Below, piece after piece: positions 52,890 through 64,000 of a stretch of DNA of 64,000 nucleotides (its first letter is position 1; the number at the start of each line of letters is the position of its first letter). Both the position numbers and the translations under genes were made by a program. The notes below the pieces were generated by a model that was not told where the DNA came from, did no database searches, and saw only the letters and a program-made list of their open reading frames with translations. The stretch comes from Prorocentrum cordatum (Eukaryota). The stretch covers positions 310,001 to 374,000 of the forward strand of contig CAUYUJ010000026.1 of NCBI GenBank assembly GCA_963575745.1. The letters run 5' to 3'.

Positions 52890-53013
52890 GCTTGCATGCG
52901 TTACTTTTCTTTCTTTATGCGTTACTTATTATTTATCGTCCCTTATGCGCTACTGTTTGGAAGAAAGGGGCTTCGTTCTTAATCTATCGTCTTAGGTCAG
53001 GCCGATGACTGTA
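52890..53013. mobile_element. Second copy of the repeat ending TAGGTCAGGCCGATGACTG-TA
   Basis: Similar to 16805-16926. Confidence 0.65.
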
Positions 53014-53059
53014 CCCCTCAGGCTTTCGCTGCATGGGGGCATCGAAACATCGCTGAACT

Positions 53060-53215
53060 CATTTCGATCCGATCGATTCGATTCGATACCCGCTCAGGCC
53101 AGCCCGATATGGTTCGATTCCGATCCTGTCGCCGCCGATTCGATTCGTTTCCGATTCTGTGCCGATGAAGTCCGGTTCGACGCACGCTCTGATCCGATCC
53201 GATTTCCCGATTCGA
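53060..53215. repeat. Degenerate (CGATT/CGATC)n pentamer repeat
   Basis: Directly visible. Confidence 0.8.
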
Positions 53216-53989
53216 TGCTGACCGTTGCTGACATGCCCCGCGCCCTCAAACATTCCGCAAGCGTCGAAGGAGGAACACAACATAAACATACCTGATCGGA
53301 GGTCCGCGCGGGTTTCTCCGATCGGCGCCCCTCTCCATGGCGCGCGAAGCGCGCCAGGGGAAGCGCTGGAGGCGCCGCCAGGGGGTCCATCGTGCCGGCC
53401 TGAGAAATCTGCCAGCGGGTCGCGCTTGGGCCAAGGGCAGAAGCAGACGTCGAGGAGAAGCGGGCGGAGGAGGAAAGCGGGAGGAGGAAAGCGAGAGGAG
53501 GAAAACGGGAGGAGCGCAAGACGTTGAGAGTTTTCCCCACGAGGAGTGCGCGGGCGGCCTCAGGCCCGCGGTTCAAATGTAGGGTTTTTTGGGGTAGGAA
53601 GGGTTGCAAGGATGTGTCTACATTGTTTGAAGCACCTCGTCCTTGGGGTCCTACCCCTCAGGACCCCATCTTTGAACCACCGATCAGGCACTGGGTGCCG
53701 GTGTACCGACAGGTGCACACGCCCCGCAAGCGGGGGTCGGCGGATCACCACGACTTCTGTCACCACGATTTCTGTCAGCACGACCTCGATCACGACCACG
53801 ACGCAGGACGGGGAGGGATCGGGCGCGGCTCTCTCGCGGGGCCGAGGGGGCTCGTCTCTGCCTGCTGCTGCCGCTGCCTCCTCCTCCTCCTCCTCCTTTT
53901 CCTTCTCCTCCGTCTCCTCTTGCGCCAGCGACAGGCAGTGACATCGACGCATGCCACTCCGTGAAGGTTATCGGACTGCCTTCATGTCG

Positions 53990-54388
<399 letters not shown>

Positions 54389-55385
54389 ATCCTCATTTCT
54401 GAAAAATAATGATTGCTGATCCCCCCCCCACCGGTGCAGACTGTTTTTTCTAAATCAAAGTGTGCCCCTCGACGCTCGCACCCTGTTTTTTGACAGGGAA
54501 AGTCTTCCTGCTCAAACTGGGCCCCTGGCCTCCAGGTTACAACAACAACGGCTCCCGCCTAAGACTTCCTTACAATTTAGCTAGGACCCCCGCTCCCGCC
54601 CGAGAAATCCTCGCATTTTATTCAGGGATCGCGCTCTCGCTTGGGACTTCCTTGCAATTTATTCAAGAATCGCTCTCCCGGCGCTCTGGAGTCGCGCTCT
54701 CGCTGGAGACTTGCTTGCAACTTACTGAAGGATGGCCTTGCGTCGGATTTTTTTGCAATTTGCCCAAGCGCCGCGCTCCCGACACCCAGGCACCCAGGAG
54801 TCGCGCCCGTTGTGGCTCCATGTGCATGCCCTTCGTGCCCCCGCTGTCGCTATTTGTGTCCCCCTCAGTGTCCTACGTGGCCCAGTTGCTACCCTCAGTG
54901 GCCCGATAGTTGCCTTCTGTGGCCCCGCATTATCTGCACTTCGTGGCCCCCGCTCGTTCGTGCTCTTCGTGGCCCCATACGCATTCCCTTCGTGTCCCCG
55001 CTGTCCCCTTCGTGGCCTTTCGTGCCCTTCGCGGCCCTGCTGTCGTTCTCTCTCGCTCTCGCTTTCGCTCGTCGTCGCCGTCGTCGTCGTTGTCGCCGTC
55101 GTCTTCGACGTCGTCGTCGTCGTCGTCGTCGTCGTCGTGGTCGGTCCCCTGTCCGTCCCTCTTGGGGTCGGGTCGACGGTTCGCGGCCGCCCCGCCGATC
55201 AGCGCTGCTGCTGGCCAGGCCGACGGTCCGCGGCCGCCCCGCCGCTTGCCGGGGCCCGGCCTGCAGGGAAGAAAGGTATACCCCCCAAAAGGGGTTCGAT
55301 CGAAGACGAAGAGGGCGGTCATCGAAGGTTTGGGGAATACGCGTTTTTGGACACTCGAGCATATAAGGGCGAACAGTCTTAACAT

Positions 55386-55386
55386 T

Positions 55387-55471
<85 letters not shown>

Positions 55472-55561
55472 TTGTTGTTGTTGTTGCTGTTGTTGTTGTT
55501 GTTGTTGTCGTCGTCGTCGTCGTTGTTGTTGTTGTTGTTGTTGTTGTTTGTTGTTGTTTGT

Positions 55562-55602
<41 letters not shown>

Positions 55603-55612
55603 TTGTTGTTGC

Positions 55613-55655
<43 letters not shown>

Positions 55656-55693
55656 GGTGTTGTTGTTGTTGTTGTTGTTGTTGTTGGTGTTGG

Positions 55694-55727
<34 letters not shown>
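55386..55727. repeat. (GTT)/(GCT) microsatellite
   Basis: Directly visible. Confidence 0.95.
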
Positions 55728-55728
<1 letters not shown>

Positions 55729-57379
55729 CTCACCGCTGCCCCTGTTCCCCCTCCCCCGACATGTGTCATATCATCTAGCCTCTGCTTCTCCTCCTCCTCC
55801 TCCCGCCCGCAGATCTACGGCGTCCTAGTTGTCTCGCAGCGTGGAGTTATCCCTAGTTCCCTTCCCTCTGGCCGGCTCTTCTTCACGAACCGTTTTTTGT
55901 CGGACCCAGGTCTTGGCGAGGGCAACCAGAGGCCCCAAGTACACAGTCGCGATTCCAAGTTCACGGGACCACCTCCCACCCTAGATTTCCCGCCCCGCAG
56001 TTCTGGCGCAAGACAAAGCGGACGCTAAGAAGAGGACCCCTTCCCTGGAACCGTCTTCTCATCTCGAGTCGTGAGGGTCTCAACGGCGTTGATTTGCCAG
56101 AAGTTGTCCGTTCTTTTCGTGCAGCGAGGGGGCGTGGATGCGAGGGTCAGAGGTCGACCCAAGTTTTGTCTAGGGGTGCAGTCTGGTCAGAACCTTGAGG
56201 GGAAGTCCGGCGAAGCCTCCCGTACCCACACATCTGGCGTTTCGATGTTTTCGAGACACCCCCCGCCATCGTGACCACTTCCCCGGGATCTATTCCGCAG
56301 CGATGAAAAAACCTCCGTTTCGATCTTGTCTGAGGAAGCCTAGGCAGTGCGAACGGCTACAGAAATCTCGATCCTCGAACCTCCACTGCTGACCCTCGAT
56401 CCAGGCGGGGGGGGGGGCGGGGCGGGGGAGGTGCGCGCGCGCGCGTGGCCGCGCGCCGCCCAGCCGCCGCGGAAGCGCTGGGACACCGCAGGAAGCCGCC
56501 GTCGTTCACCGAGCGCGTTCCACGACTTGCAAGGCGGCTCCACTCGCGAACCTCTGAAGGAGCCTGCTCGCCTCGATACCATGGATCCGCTTTGCCTCGA
56601 GGCAACGGGTCCGGGCCACTTGCGACTAGCCACTCGGCGAGCCGTGGAACGCGCTCGCCCAGTCGCAGCACGCCACGGCCGCCGCAGCCGCAGCCGCCGC
56701 GCCGCCGCGGCCGCGGGCGAACGGCGAGCAGCTCGCTGCTCGAGGGCTGCGCGGCTCCAGCCGCGGCCTCTCTGCCCCCGGGGCGCCGCGAAGCGGCGCG
56801 GAGGGGCGGGCGGGGCGAGTGCACGGGCCGGCGGAGTCGGGCCGGAGCAGGCGGGGCCCCCAGTGGCAAGGAGGGTTCTCGGGACGCGTGTTGTCGTCGA
56901 GGGTGCAAGAGCCCCCCACCCGAACAACATCGGGGGGGCGTGGCCTCACTCGTGCCCCCCCAGCTCTGTAGGAGGGCGACACGCTATCCACGTCCCTGTC
57001 CCCGAGCGTCAACGTCCCAAGCCTTTCCCAGTCTCCCGCCCCGCGGAGCGTAGCGACGCGCAATCTGCTTGCAGGGCACAGCGTGTCGCTGGGGCCGCCG
57101 CCGCAGCACGCTACCCAAGAGTTCCTGGCCGTGAGGCTTCGGGCTGCGCGCAGGCAGTCCCCTGGGTAGTCCCGGCGGGCCTCAACAGGACCCCAGGGTA
57201 CAGTCGGGCCGCTGAAAGAAGGAACGCTAAATCAGGAACGAAGCCCCTTCTTGGCCCTGTAAGCGCCTCCGTGCCCAAGGAGGGCAAGAGGAACAGCACT
57301 GGATGAACCGAAGGAACATCGAGCCCTTTCCGAAGCCAAATTGTCCCTTATTTAAGCGTCTTGACTGAAGCTGGCCTTC

Positions 57380-57500
57380 ACAGGCCCCCCGAGCAGCCCA
57401 GGGCGGTCTCAGCACCCCCGCGCCGCCTCCGGCGCCGCCGGGCGCTGCGCGCCCCGGGGTGGGGGTGCTGAGACCGCCCTGGGCTGCTCGGGGGGCCTGT
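57380..57500. mobile_element. 121-bp fold-back element (MITE-like) with perfect 40-bp TIRs
   Basis: ACAGGCCCCCCGAGCAGCCCAGGGCGGTCTCAGCACCCCC (57380-57419) is the exact reverse complement of 57461-57500. Confidence 0.85.
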
Positions 57501-59066
57501 TGACGCCAGCTGGGACTATTCAGAGGCCGGCCGGGACTGCCTCAGTCGGGGGTGGCAAAGAGGGGGGTGATGACTTAGGGGGGGGTGGATATCATGGCGG
57601 GGGCCACGATATTTCCCCAGATGTTCTGGCGCCTCTTCATATTTCATTACGTCCCTGGCCCCCCCGCTGGGCCGCGCACATGCCGCCGGTCATGATTTGC
57701 ACCCCCCCCTCTTGGACACCCCCCTCTTGGCCGCTCGCGACTCAGGGGGGGGAACCATCTGTGCGCAACCCGAAGTTCTATCACCTCAGGACAGCTCCTC
57801 CGCTAGCACGCAGCCTGTGTCCGCCCTCATTACACCGCCTGCGCCGTATTCAAAGGCTTCGGGGGACAGGCGCACCTCGGCTCTAGCACACGTTCTGAGA
57901 ATCCGTGGCGGAATCCGGGCCGACGTCCCCCGCGTCGTGAAACCATAAGAAATGACGGATGCTTTCCCCCAGTGCTCAGACTCTGGGGGCCCTCGCCAGG
58001 CCCCGGGACCTTCCACAGAACGAGGGGGAATGAAAAGCTGATCCCGGGGAAGCGGTCCCAACCTCGGGGTGTCTACGCTGCGAAGCAGACCACGACGTCG
58101 GGGGTCGTTGGGCAGGGATCCCTCGGGGCCGAGAGGTGCCCTTGCCTTCCCCGGCGGGAGGCGGAGGAGGGGCCGCGCGAGCGGAAGCCGACGGAAGTGG
58201 AACGGCGGCTGGTCCGCGGGCGGAAATCAGCGGGGAGCGATGGGGGGGAAGTGAGGAGGAGAAGGCCTTATATCAGAAGGCGGCGGGACTTCTCAGAAGC
58301 CCTGCAGCCTTCTGAGAAGCTTCTTGTGTCTTCGGGGAAGGCTTAGCACACTCCTCGGAAGGCCGGGGGACTTCCGAGCCTCCTGAGAAGGCCCGCTCCT
58401 TCTCACTTCCCCCCGCGCTCGCCGCCAAGAACCATTGATTCGGCCCCCCAAGAGGTGCACACCCTTTCGGGGGTGAAGTCTCTGGAACGCGCCATGGTGA
58501 GGCCCAGAAGGCCCCGGGGGTCCAACGCAGCTCGGAATGACGGGATCAGCCGTGGCCAGGAGCACCGTTGGCGACCCACAAGGATTGATTAATCGTTTCA
58601 ATCTTGGCGTTTTCCTCTGATCTTGATCACGGTGCTCCAGGGGCCGGGGACTTGTGACCTCTGCCACCCGCGGGTGGAACAAAAACATGTCGCAGGATGT
58701 CTGGGTAATTCATGTGGTCGGAGGATCGCGCCACATCGCCGATGCATCGTCGATGCGGCGCGATCCAGATCGCGATGTGTTCCGTTCCGACGTCGACACT
58801 GCATCGCTGGCGCATCGCCGATGCATCTCAGAGCGTGAATTACCTACCCCGCATTCGCTTCCAGGCAAAACCAAGTCATACCACGCGCCTCCTCGTCAAG
58901 CGGCCTGATCAGCACAGGCCGTAGTTTGGCATCGCTTGATATTTCTTGGAAGCGAGGGTGGTCAAAAGCGAGGTAGGTTTGTTTGCCCCCTAGCATCGGC
59001 GACACTGTGCGGTCAACCAGCCCCATCTGCTTCGGTCTCATTTTGGCGGCCTCCACAAGCACAGCA

Positions 59067-59138
59067 ATGGGCGGCGGGGCCTCCACCTCCAAGAAGCCAA
59101 AGTGGAAGCGGATGTTCCATCTCACATCGAACGTGGAG
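59067..59138 (+). CDS. WD40-repeat protein, exon 1 (MGGGASTSKKPKWKRMFHLTSNVE)
   Basis: ATG in GCAATGG context and an MGxxxS myristoylation-like start. The GAG|GATC donor joins exon 2 in phase 0. Confidence 0.65.
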
Positions 59139-59296
59139 GATCTCAGAAAAGAGACAAGCCCCCTATACTGATACGCTGCGCTAGTTTCTGCACTCTTGGA
59201 GGCCCACGTCACCATGGCTGGATATGCATCGAAATCCTGGTCAGAGTGTGCTGGGGGTGGGGTCAGCGGAGTAGCGGTATCGGCATTTCCCTCCAG

Positions 59297-59909
59297 GATC
59301 GGACAGGGGAGAGTTACCAGCAGATATTCCCCATTTGGTCCATGGCGATGACCAGGAACCAGAGGCAGCTGGCTACCGCCACCAGCGACAATCGTATCAA
59401 CCTGTGGTGCCTAGTCACTCACAGGTTGCTGATCCCACTCGCTGGCCATGCCGACACGATCTGGCGCGTGGCGTATTCACCCGACGACACAATGCTCGCT
59501 TCCGCGAGCGCGGACGGCACAGTGCGGCTGTGGGAGGTGGGCACCGGCCTACCCCTGATGACGCTGCCGAGGAATCACGCCAATTGGGTGTGGAGCCTCG
59601 CGTGGACACCTGACGGCTCGCGGCTAGCCACGGGGGGGTCGGACGCGCGGATCATGATGTGGGACGTGGGCCAAGCGGTGGAGGCGTCGATCAAACTGCA
59701 GCAGGCCACCGAGGAGGCGCGCCAGGACGCTTATTTCCTCGAGGACCTGGCCAACCGGATGGAGGAGATGTCTGCGCTAGCCAAGCCGGTGCTGTATTGG
59801 CAGGCCCACGAGAAGAGCATCACGGACCTGCAGTTCTCCCCGCCAGAGCCGCAGCTTCTGATCTCGACGGGCTCTGAGGGGTCCATAGCCGTCTGGGACT
59901 CCAGCACAG
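59297..59909 (+). CDS. WD40-repeat protein, exon 2 (four WD repeats)
   Basis: Acceptor ttccctccag|G. Encodes LATATSDNRINLW, GHADTIWRVAYSPDDTMLASASADGTVRLWE, NHANWVWSLAWTPDGSRLATGGSDARIMMWD and AHEKSITDLQFSP..GSEGSIAVWD. Confidence 0.92.
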
Positions 59910-60104
59910 GAACCGGTATCGTTTAACCAATCCCCATCCCCATCCCCATCCCCTTCGAGACCCCCACCTAATTACCACCCCAGTGGGGGATCCGCCCCTC
60001 GAATCCCGAAGGGAACGACCTATATCCCCATCTAGGGGGATAAATCGGCCAGTGGGGCCCAGGCCACGCCGCTGGGGATGGGGACCGGTTAAACGATACT
60101 CAAG

Positions 60105-60259
60105 GAATTCTGGACTGCCGGGTCATGGGCCACATTGGAGCGGTCAACTGCGTCGCCGTGAGCCCCATCTTGGGCGAGGTCGTCGCCTCGGGCGGCGAGG
60201 ACCACACCGTGCGCCTGTGGGACATGCGGGACCTGGAGCCCGGCGGCGGGAATGCCAAG
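60105..60259 (+). CDS. WD40-repeat protein, exon 3
   Basis: caag|GA acceptor in phase 1. Reads (G)ILDCRVMGHIGAVNCVAVSPILGEVVASGGEDHTVRLWDMRDLEPGGGNAK, then an AAG|GC donor. Confidence 0.88.
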
Positions 60260-61151
60260 GCCTGGTCAGACGCCTCGGGGGGGCAAACCCATGGACAAGC
60301 GAAGCCAGCCAGAGTTTCCGTTGAGAGTTGCCGCCCCCCCCACCCCCCGAAGGGCTGCCGAGGTGCCCCAGTATACTGGGGCTCCATCATGGACACAAAC
60401 TACCACTGCTCTTCTTCTTATAACGCATATAAGAATAATACTAATAATAATAATAATATGAAGAAGACGAGAATTGGTAGTGTGTGTTTAGGTCGTGCCT
60501 TGACGTCCTCCACTTTCCATGCCGACCACTAGGACTACGAGTTTACGAACCATCCAGCATGACAGCATGGAGGAAAGGGCCCCTGAGGGCAAGGTGTCAC
60601 AGAGCCGACAGAAGCAGCTCAGGAGAGGGCCCCTGGGATCCAGGGCCCGCTCTCCAGGGGAAGAGCGACACCCCCGCCACCAGGCGGCCCACCTGCAGCG
60701 AGGAGGTCCTCGATGCCTCCCCGACGCTGGGGATAGGGGATGTCTCCAGCGAGAGGGGGGGACCACGCTACCAGGATGACCGCCCCCTGGCTCCTCCCAC
60801 AGGTGGTTCCTGGTGGTGGTGGTGGTGCCGCTTTTCTTTTTCTTGCGTTTTCGCTAGGACCCGCTTGTGTCACTCGTGGCAAAGTTGCGGATCCCCTGAT
60901 GCGGTTCGGCCCCGGGGGGGGTAGGGGAAGATCGCGCCGTGGCGCGGGGGAGGTTGCACTCTTGATATTCTTTACCTCTGCCCGGAAGTCTGAAATACGG
61001 AGCGGCACAGGGGGTCACGCTCCCATGGATGCACACCGGTTCCTAGGGAGTGCATTCTGCGATCGTTCGTGATATGAGGGCGGCCTTTTGCTTGGCTTGG
61101 CTTGGCGCGCATGGGTTGGCACGCGCGGCCTCTTGGGGCTCCCAATTCAAG

Positions 61152-61271
61152 GCGAGCCGGGAGAAGCACACGGGCTTCAACCTCCCGCATTTCACCCTCA
61201 AGGGCCACACTGGCGGCATCGCGGCGGTGCGGTTCTGCGGGGACGGGAGGCTCTTGGCGAGTTGCTCGAAG
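61152..61271 (+). CDS. WD40-repeat protein, exon 4; gene continues beyond the window
   Basis: ttcaag|GC acceptor in phase 0. Reads ASREKHTGFNLPHFTLKGHTGGIAAVRFCGDGRLLASCSK, with a probable AAG|GA donor. Confidence 0.85.
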
Positions 61272-61377
61272 GACCAGGGGCAGCTCAAAGCACCGTGATC
61301 GCTTGATTGTCCTTCCCTTTCCTCTCCCTCCGAGCTTCATCTGCGTTTGGTTTCATTCGAACCACTTCGGGGAGCCT

Positions 61378-63622
61378 GTCATCATCATCGCCATAATCAT
61401 CACTGTCAACATCATGTTCTCATCATCAGCGCACACCAGCACAACCACTGTGGTCATGATGATCAGTATCATCGCCACAATCGTCAGCGTCACACTCATC
61501 ATCAGCACCAGCACAGTTACAGTCAGCATCATCATCAGCATCAGCATGACCACATCATTTTGGCCATCATCCTGATCGCCACCACAATCAGTATCAACAT
61601 CAATAATTATCATCATCCGTAGAATGGTCATCGTCATCATCACCACAGTTAGCATCATCATGAGCACCATCATCACCGTCACGATCAAACAGCATCCCAC
61701 CGCCATACTACCAGCGCAGACATGTTACTCATCAGACTTCTCGGCATTAGCACCATCGTCATTATACGCATCATCGACACCACTATCACCACCAACATCA
61801 TCGCCAACCTCGCCGAAATCAAGCATCAGAATCAACAGCCTCATCATCAGTACCATCGTCAGCATCATCGTCATAGTATGCATCATCCTCCTCATCCTGA
61901 TCATCATCAACATCATCATCCCATTCATCATCACCATCAGCATCATCGTCACCGTCACACTCATCATCAGCATCCCGTCGTCATAATCCCTATCATTAGC
62001 ATCCCCATGTTTATGCTCATCAGCAGCAGCACACTTACCAACATGTTCAGCATTCTCATCACCACCACTCCCACCACCGTAATGAGCATCACCGTCCGCA
62101 TCATTATCAGCATCATCAGCATCATCATGCGCATCGTCATCGTCATGACCATCTTCCTCCTCCTCATCACCATTATATTCATCATCAACGTTAGCACACT
62201 CAACACGGCCACAGCTGTCACACACCGTCGTCAGCATCCCACCGTCATTCTCTGATTCTCATCTTCATTTCACCACCAGCACACTTTTCATACCCATCAT
62301 ATTCATCGGCATAGGTATCATCATGCTCGTCATCAGCATCGCCACCATCACCATTATGAACCTCAGCCATCATTGGCATCATCATCATCATCACCATCGA
62401 CATCATCATACCATCATCGCACACACCATCATCTGCACCATCAGCATCATCATCATCATCATCATCATCATTATCTCCATCGTCATCATCAGTATACTTG
62501 TCATCGCCATCTGAGACGTCATCACCGCCACCACCATCATCAGCAACCCACCCTGGCAATCACCATCCTCATCCTCGACTTTATTGCCATCACAAGCAAC
62601 GCAACCATCTTCATTATCCTCCATCGCATGATCATCAGTGTCTTCGCCATTACCATCCTCATCATCATCAGCTTCCGCATCATCCTGACCAGCATCATCA
62701 TCATCATCATCATCATCGCCATCATCCTTGTTAACACCTTCATGGTCCTTATCATCACCATAATCATCCTCATCTGCATCATATTCGTCATCATCATCAT
62801 CCTCCTCATCCTAACCCGCATCGTCATCGTTGTCATCATCGTCGTCGTGGTCATTATCCTCTTCGTCATCATCATCTTCATCCTCTGCATCATCATCGTC
62901 GTCGTCGCCAACATCATCATCATCGTCATCATCAGCATCAGCATCAGCAGCATTTTCAGCATCTTCATCGTCGTCATCATCATCATCATCCGCATCATCC
63001 TTACCCGCATTACCAGCATCACTATCATCATCGTCGTCGTCATCATCATCAGCATCATCATCGTCGTCGCAGTTGTCGTGTTCGTCGTCGTCGTTACATT
63101 TGCCGTCATAATCATCATCGTCGTTATCAGATTGTTGCGCATCATCGCCGGCAGCATCACCATCATCATCCTCATCAGCATCATCAACCGCATCAGCATC
63201 ATCATGGAGATCGTCGTCATCAGCAGCATCATCAACACTGCCATCATAGCCATCATCCTCATTTTCATTATGAGCATCGCCATCGCCAGTATCATCGTCA
63301 TCATGGTCCTCATCATAGGCATCATCGTCGTCATCACCATCGTCATCATCATCATCAGCAGCATCATCATCACCATCATTGGCGTGAACGTCGTCAACAT
63401 CATCATTACCACAATCATCATTAGCACTATCACCATCGTCGTCGTTATGGCCGTCATCATCATCGTCATTGCCATCAACATCATCATCATCGTCGTAGCC
63501 TCCATCATCAGCATCATCATCGCCATCATTATGCTCATCAGCATCGCCATCCTCATGCTTATCCTCGTTCCCATCGTCCTCATGGTCCTCATGGCCATCA
63601 TCGTAATCATCGTCATCATCAG
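61378..63622. repeat. 2.2-kb degenerate (CAT)n tract, probably intronic
   Basis: Continuous CAT/CGT/CAG/CAC triplet variants. Confidence 0.92.
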
Positions 63623-63799
63623 AATCCTCTTCCTCCCAGGTCTCTGTACCGTTGGCCACCCCTGTCGCCTATTTCCTTGCTCTTCAGGGTTCCCTGTCCT
63701 CTCAGGCGGGAGCCTCATCCACCTCGTCCACGGAGGGCCAGGATTTTGGTGGGGGGCCATGTTAGGCTATGGTAGGCACCCGCCTGAGAGAGGTGCAGC

Positions 63800-64000
63800 C
63801 AGAGAGAGAGAGAGGGAGAGAGAAACATACACATAAAACACAAACACATGAAACACACATATTGACAGAGAAAAAGAGAGAGAGAGAGAGCGAGAGAGAG
63901 AGAGAGATAGAACACATAAAAGACACACCTACAGAAAGAGAGACGACGACGGAGGGAGGGAGGGAGGGAGGGAGGGAGGGAGGGAGGGAGAGAGAGAGAG
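63800..64000. repeat. (GA)n/(GGGA)n simple repeats
   Basis: Directly visible. Confidence 0.9.

Noticed and set aside
58915..59050. Relict dinoflagellate spliced leader upstream of the WD40 gene (CCGTAGTTTGGC; CATTTTGGC)
   Set aside because: Only 9-12 nt partial matches to CCGTAGCCATTTTGGCTCAAG, lacking the TCAAG end. Too weak to call.
59916..59917. Canonical GT donor for WD40 intron 2
   Set aside because: Same phase and not excluded, but it lacks the AG| context, is the first base of the intron's inverted repeat and distorts WD spacing. The GA at 59910 is preferred pending cDNA.
62373..63836. 487-aa hydrophobic ORF and antisense poly-Met/poly-Asp ORFs
   Set aside because: Translations of a (CAT)n microsatellite. 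The same applies to the poly-E/P/L/V ORFs elsewhere in the window.

Overview
Eukaryotic, GC-rich, repeat-dominated DNA, most likely from a dinoflagellate nuclear genome. That assignment is inferred from GA/GC splice donors in an AG|G context and from the style of the LINE remnants. Almost all listed ORFs are artefacts of microsatellites or low-complexity repeats. Supportable content: (i) the first four exons of a WD40-repeat gene (59067-61271, +) with an N-myristoylation-like start, where every predicted intron uses a non-GT donor and the complete introns carry inverted repeats near their ends (introner-like); (ii) possible 3' exons of a gene ending at 1179; (iii) a decayed near full-length non-LTR retrotransposon (ORF1, APE, RT, CCHC remnants, ~6.1-11.4 kb) and two RNase H-bearing LINE fragments; (iv) several MITE-like families, one with apparently long, variable target-site duplications; (v) an uncharacterised ORF preceded by an exact 423-bp duplication. 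The most striking structure is a family of non-coding elements with a shared end grammar on the minus strand: 5'-TC plus hairpin, subterminal inverted repeats, a 3' hairpin exactly 7 nt from the end, and insertion between A and T with no duplication. It occurs as solo copies and as a ~9.9-kb head-to-tail concatemer of nine units (19517-29406), suggesting non-autonomous rolling-circle (Helitron/Helentron-like) elements. All calls were made by eye; no database searches were run.
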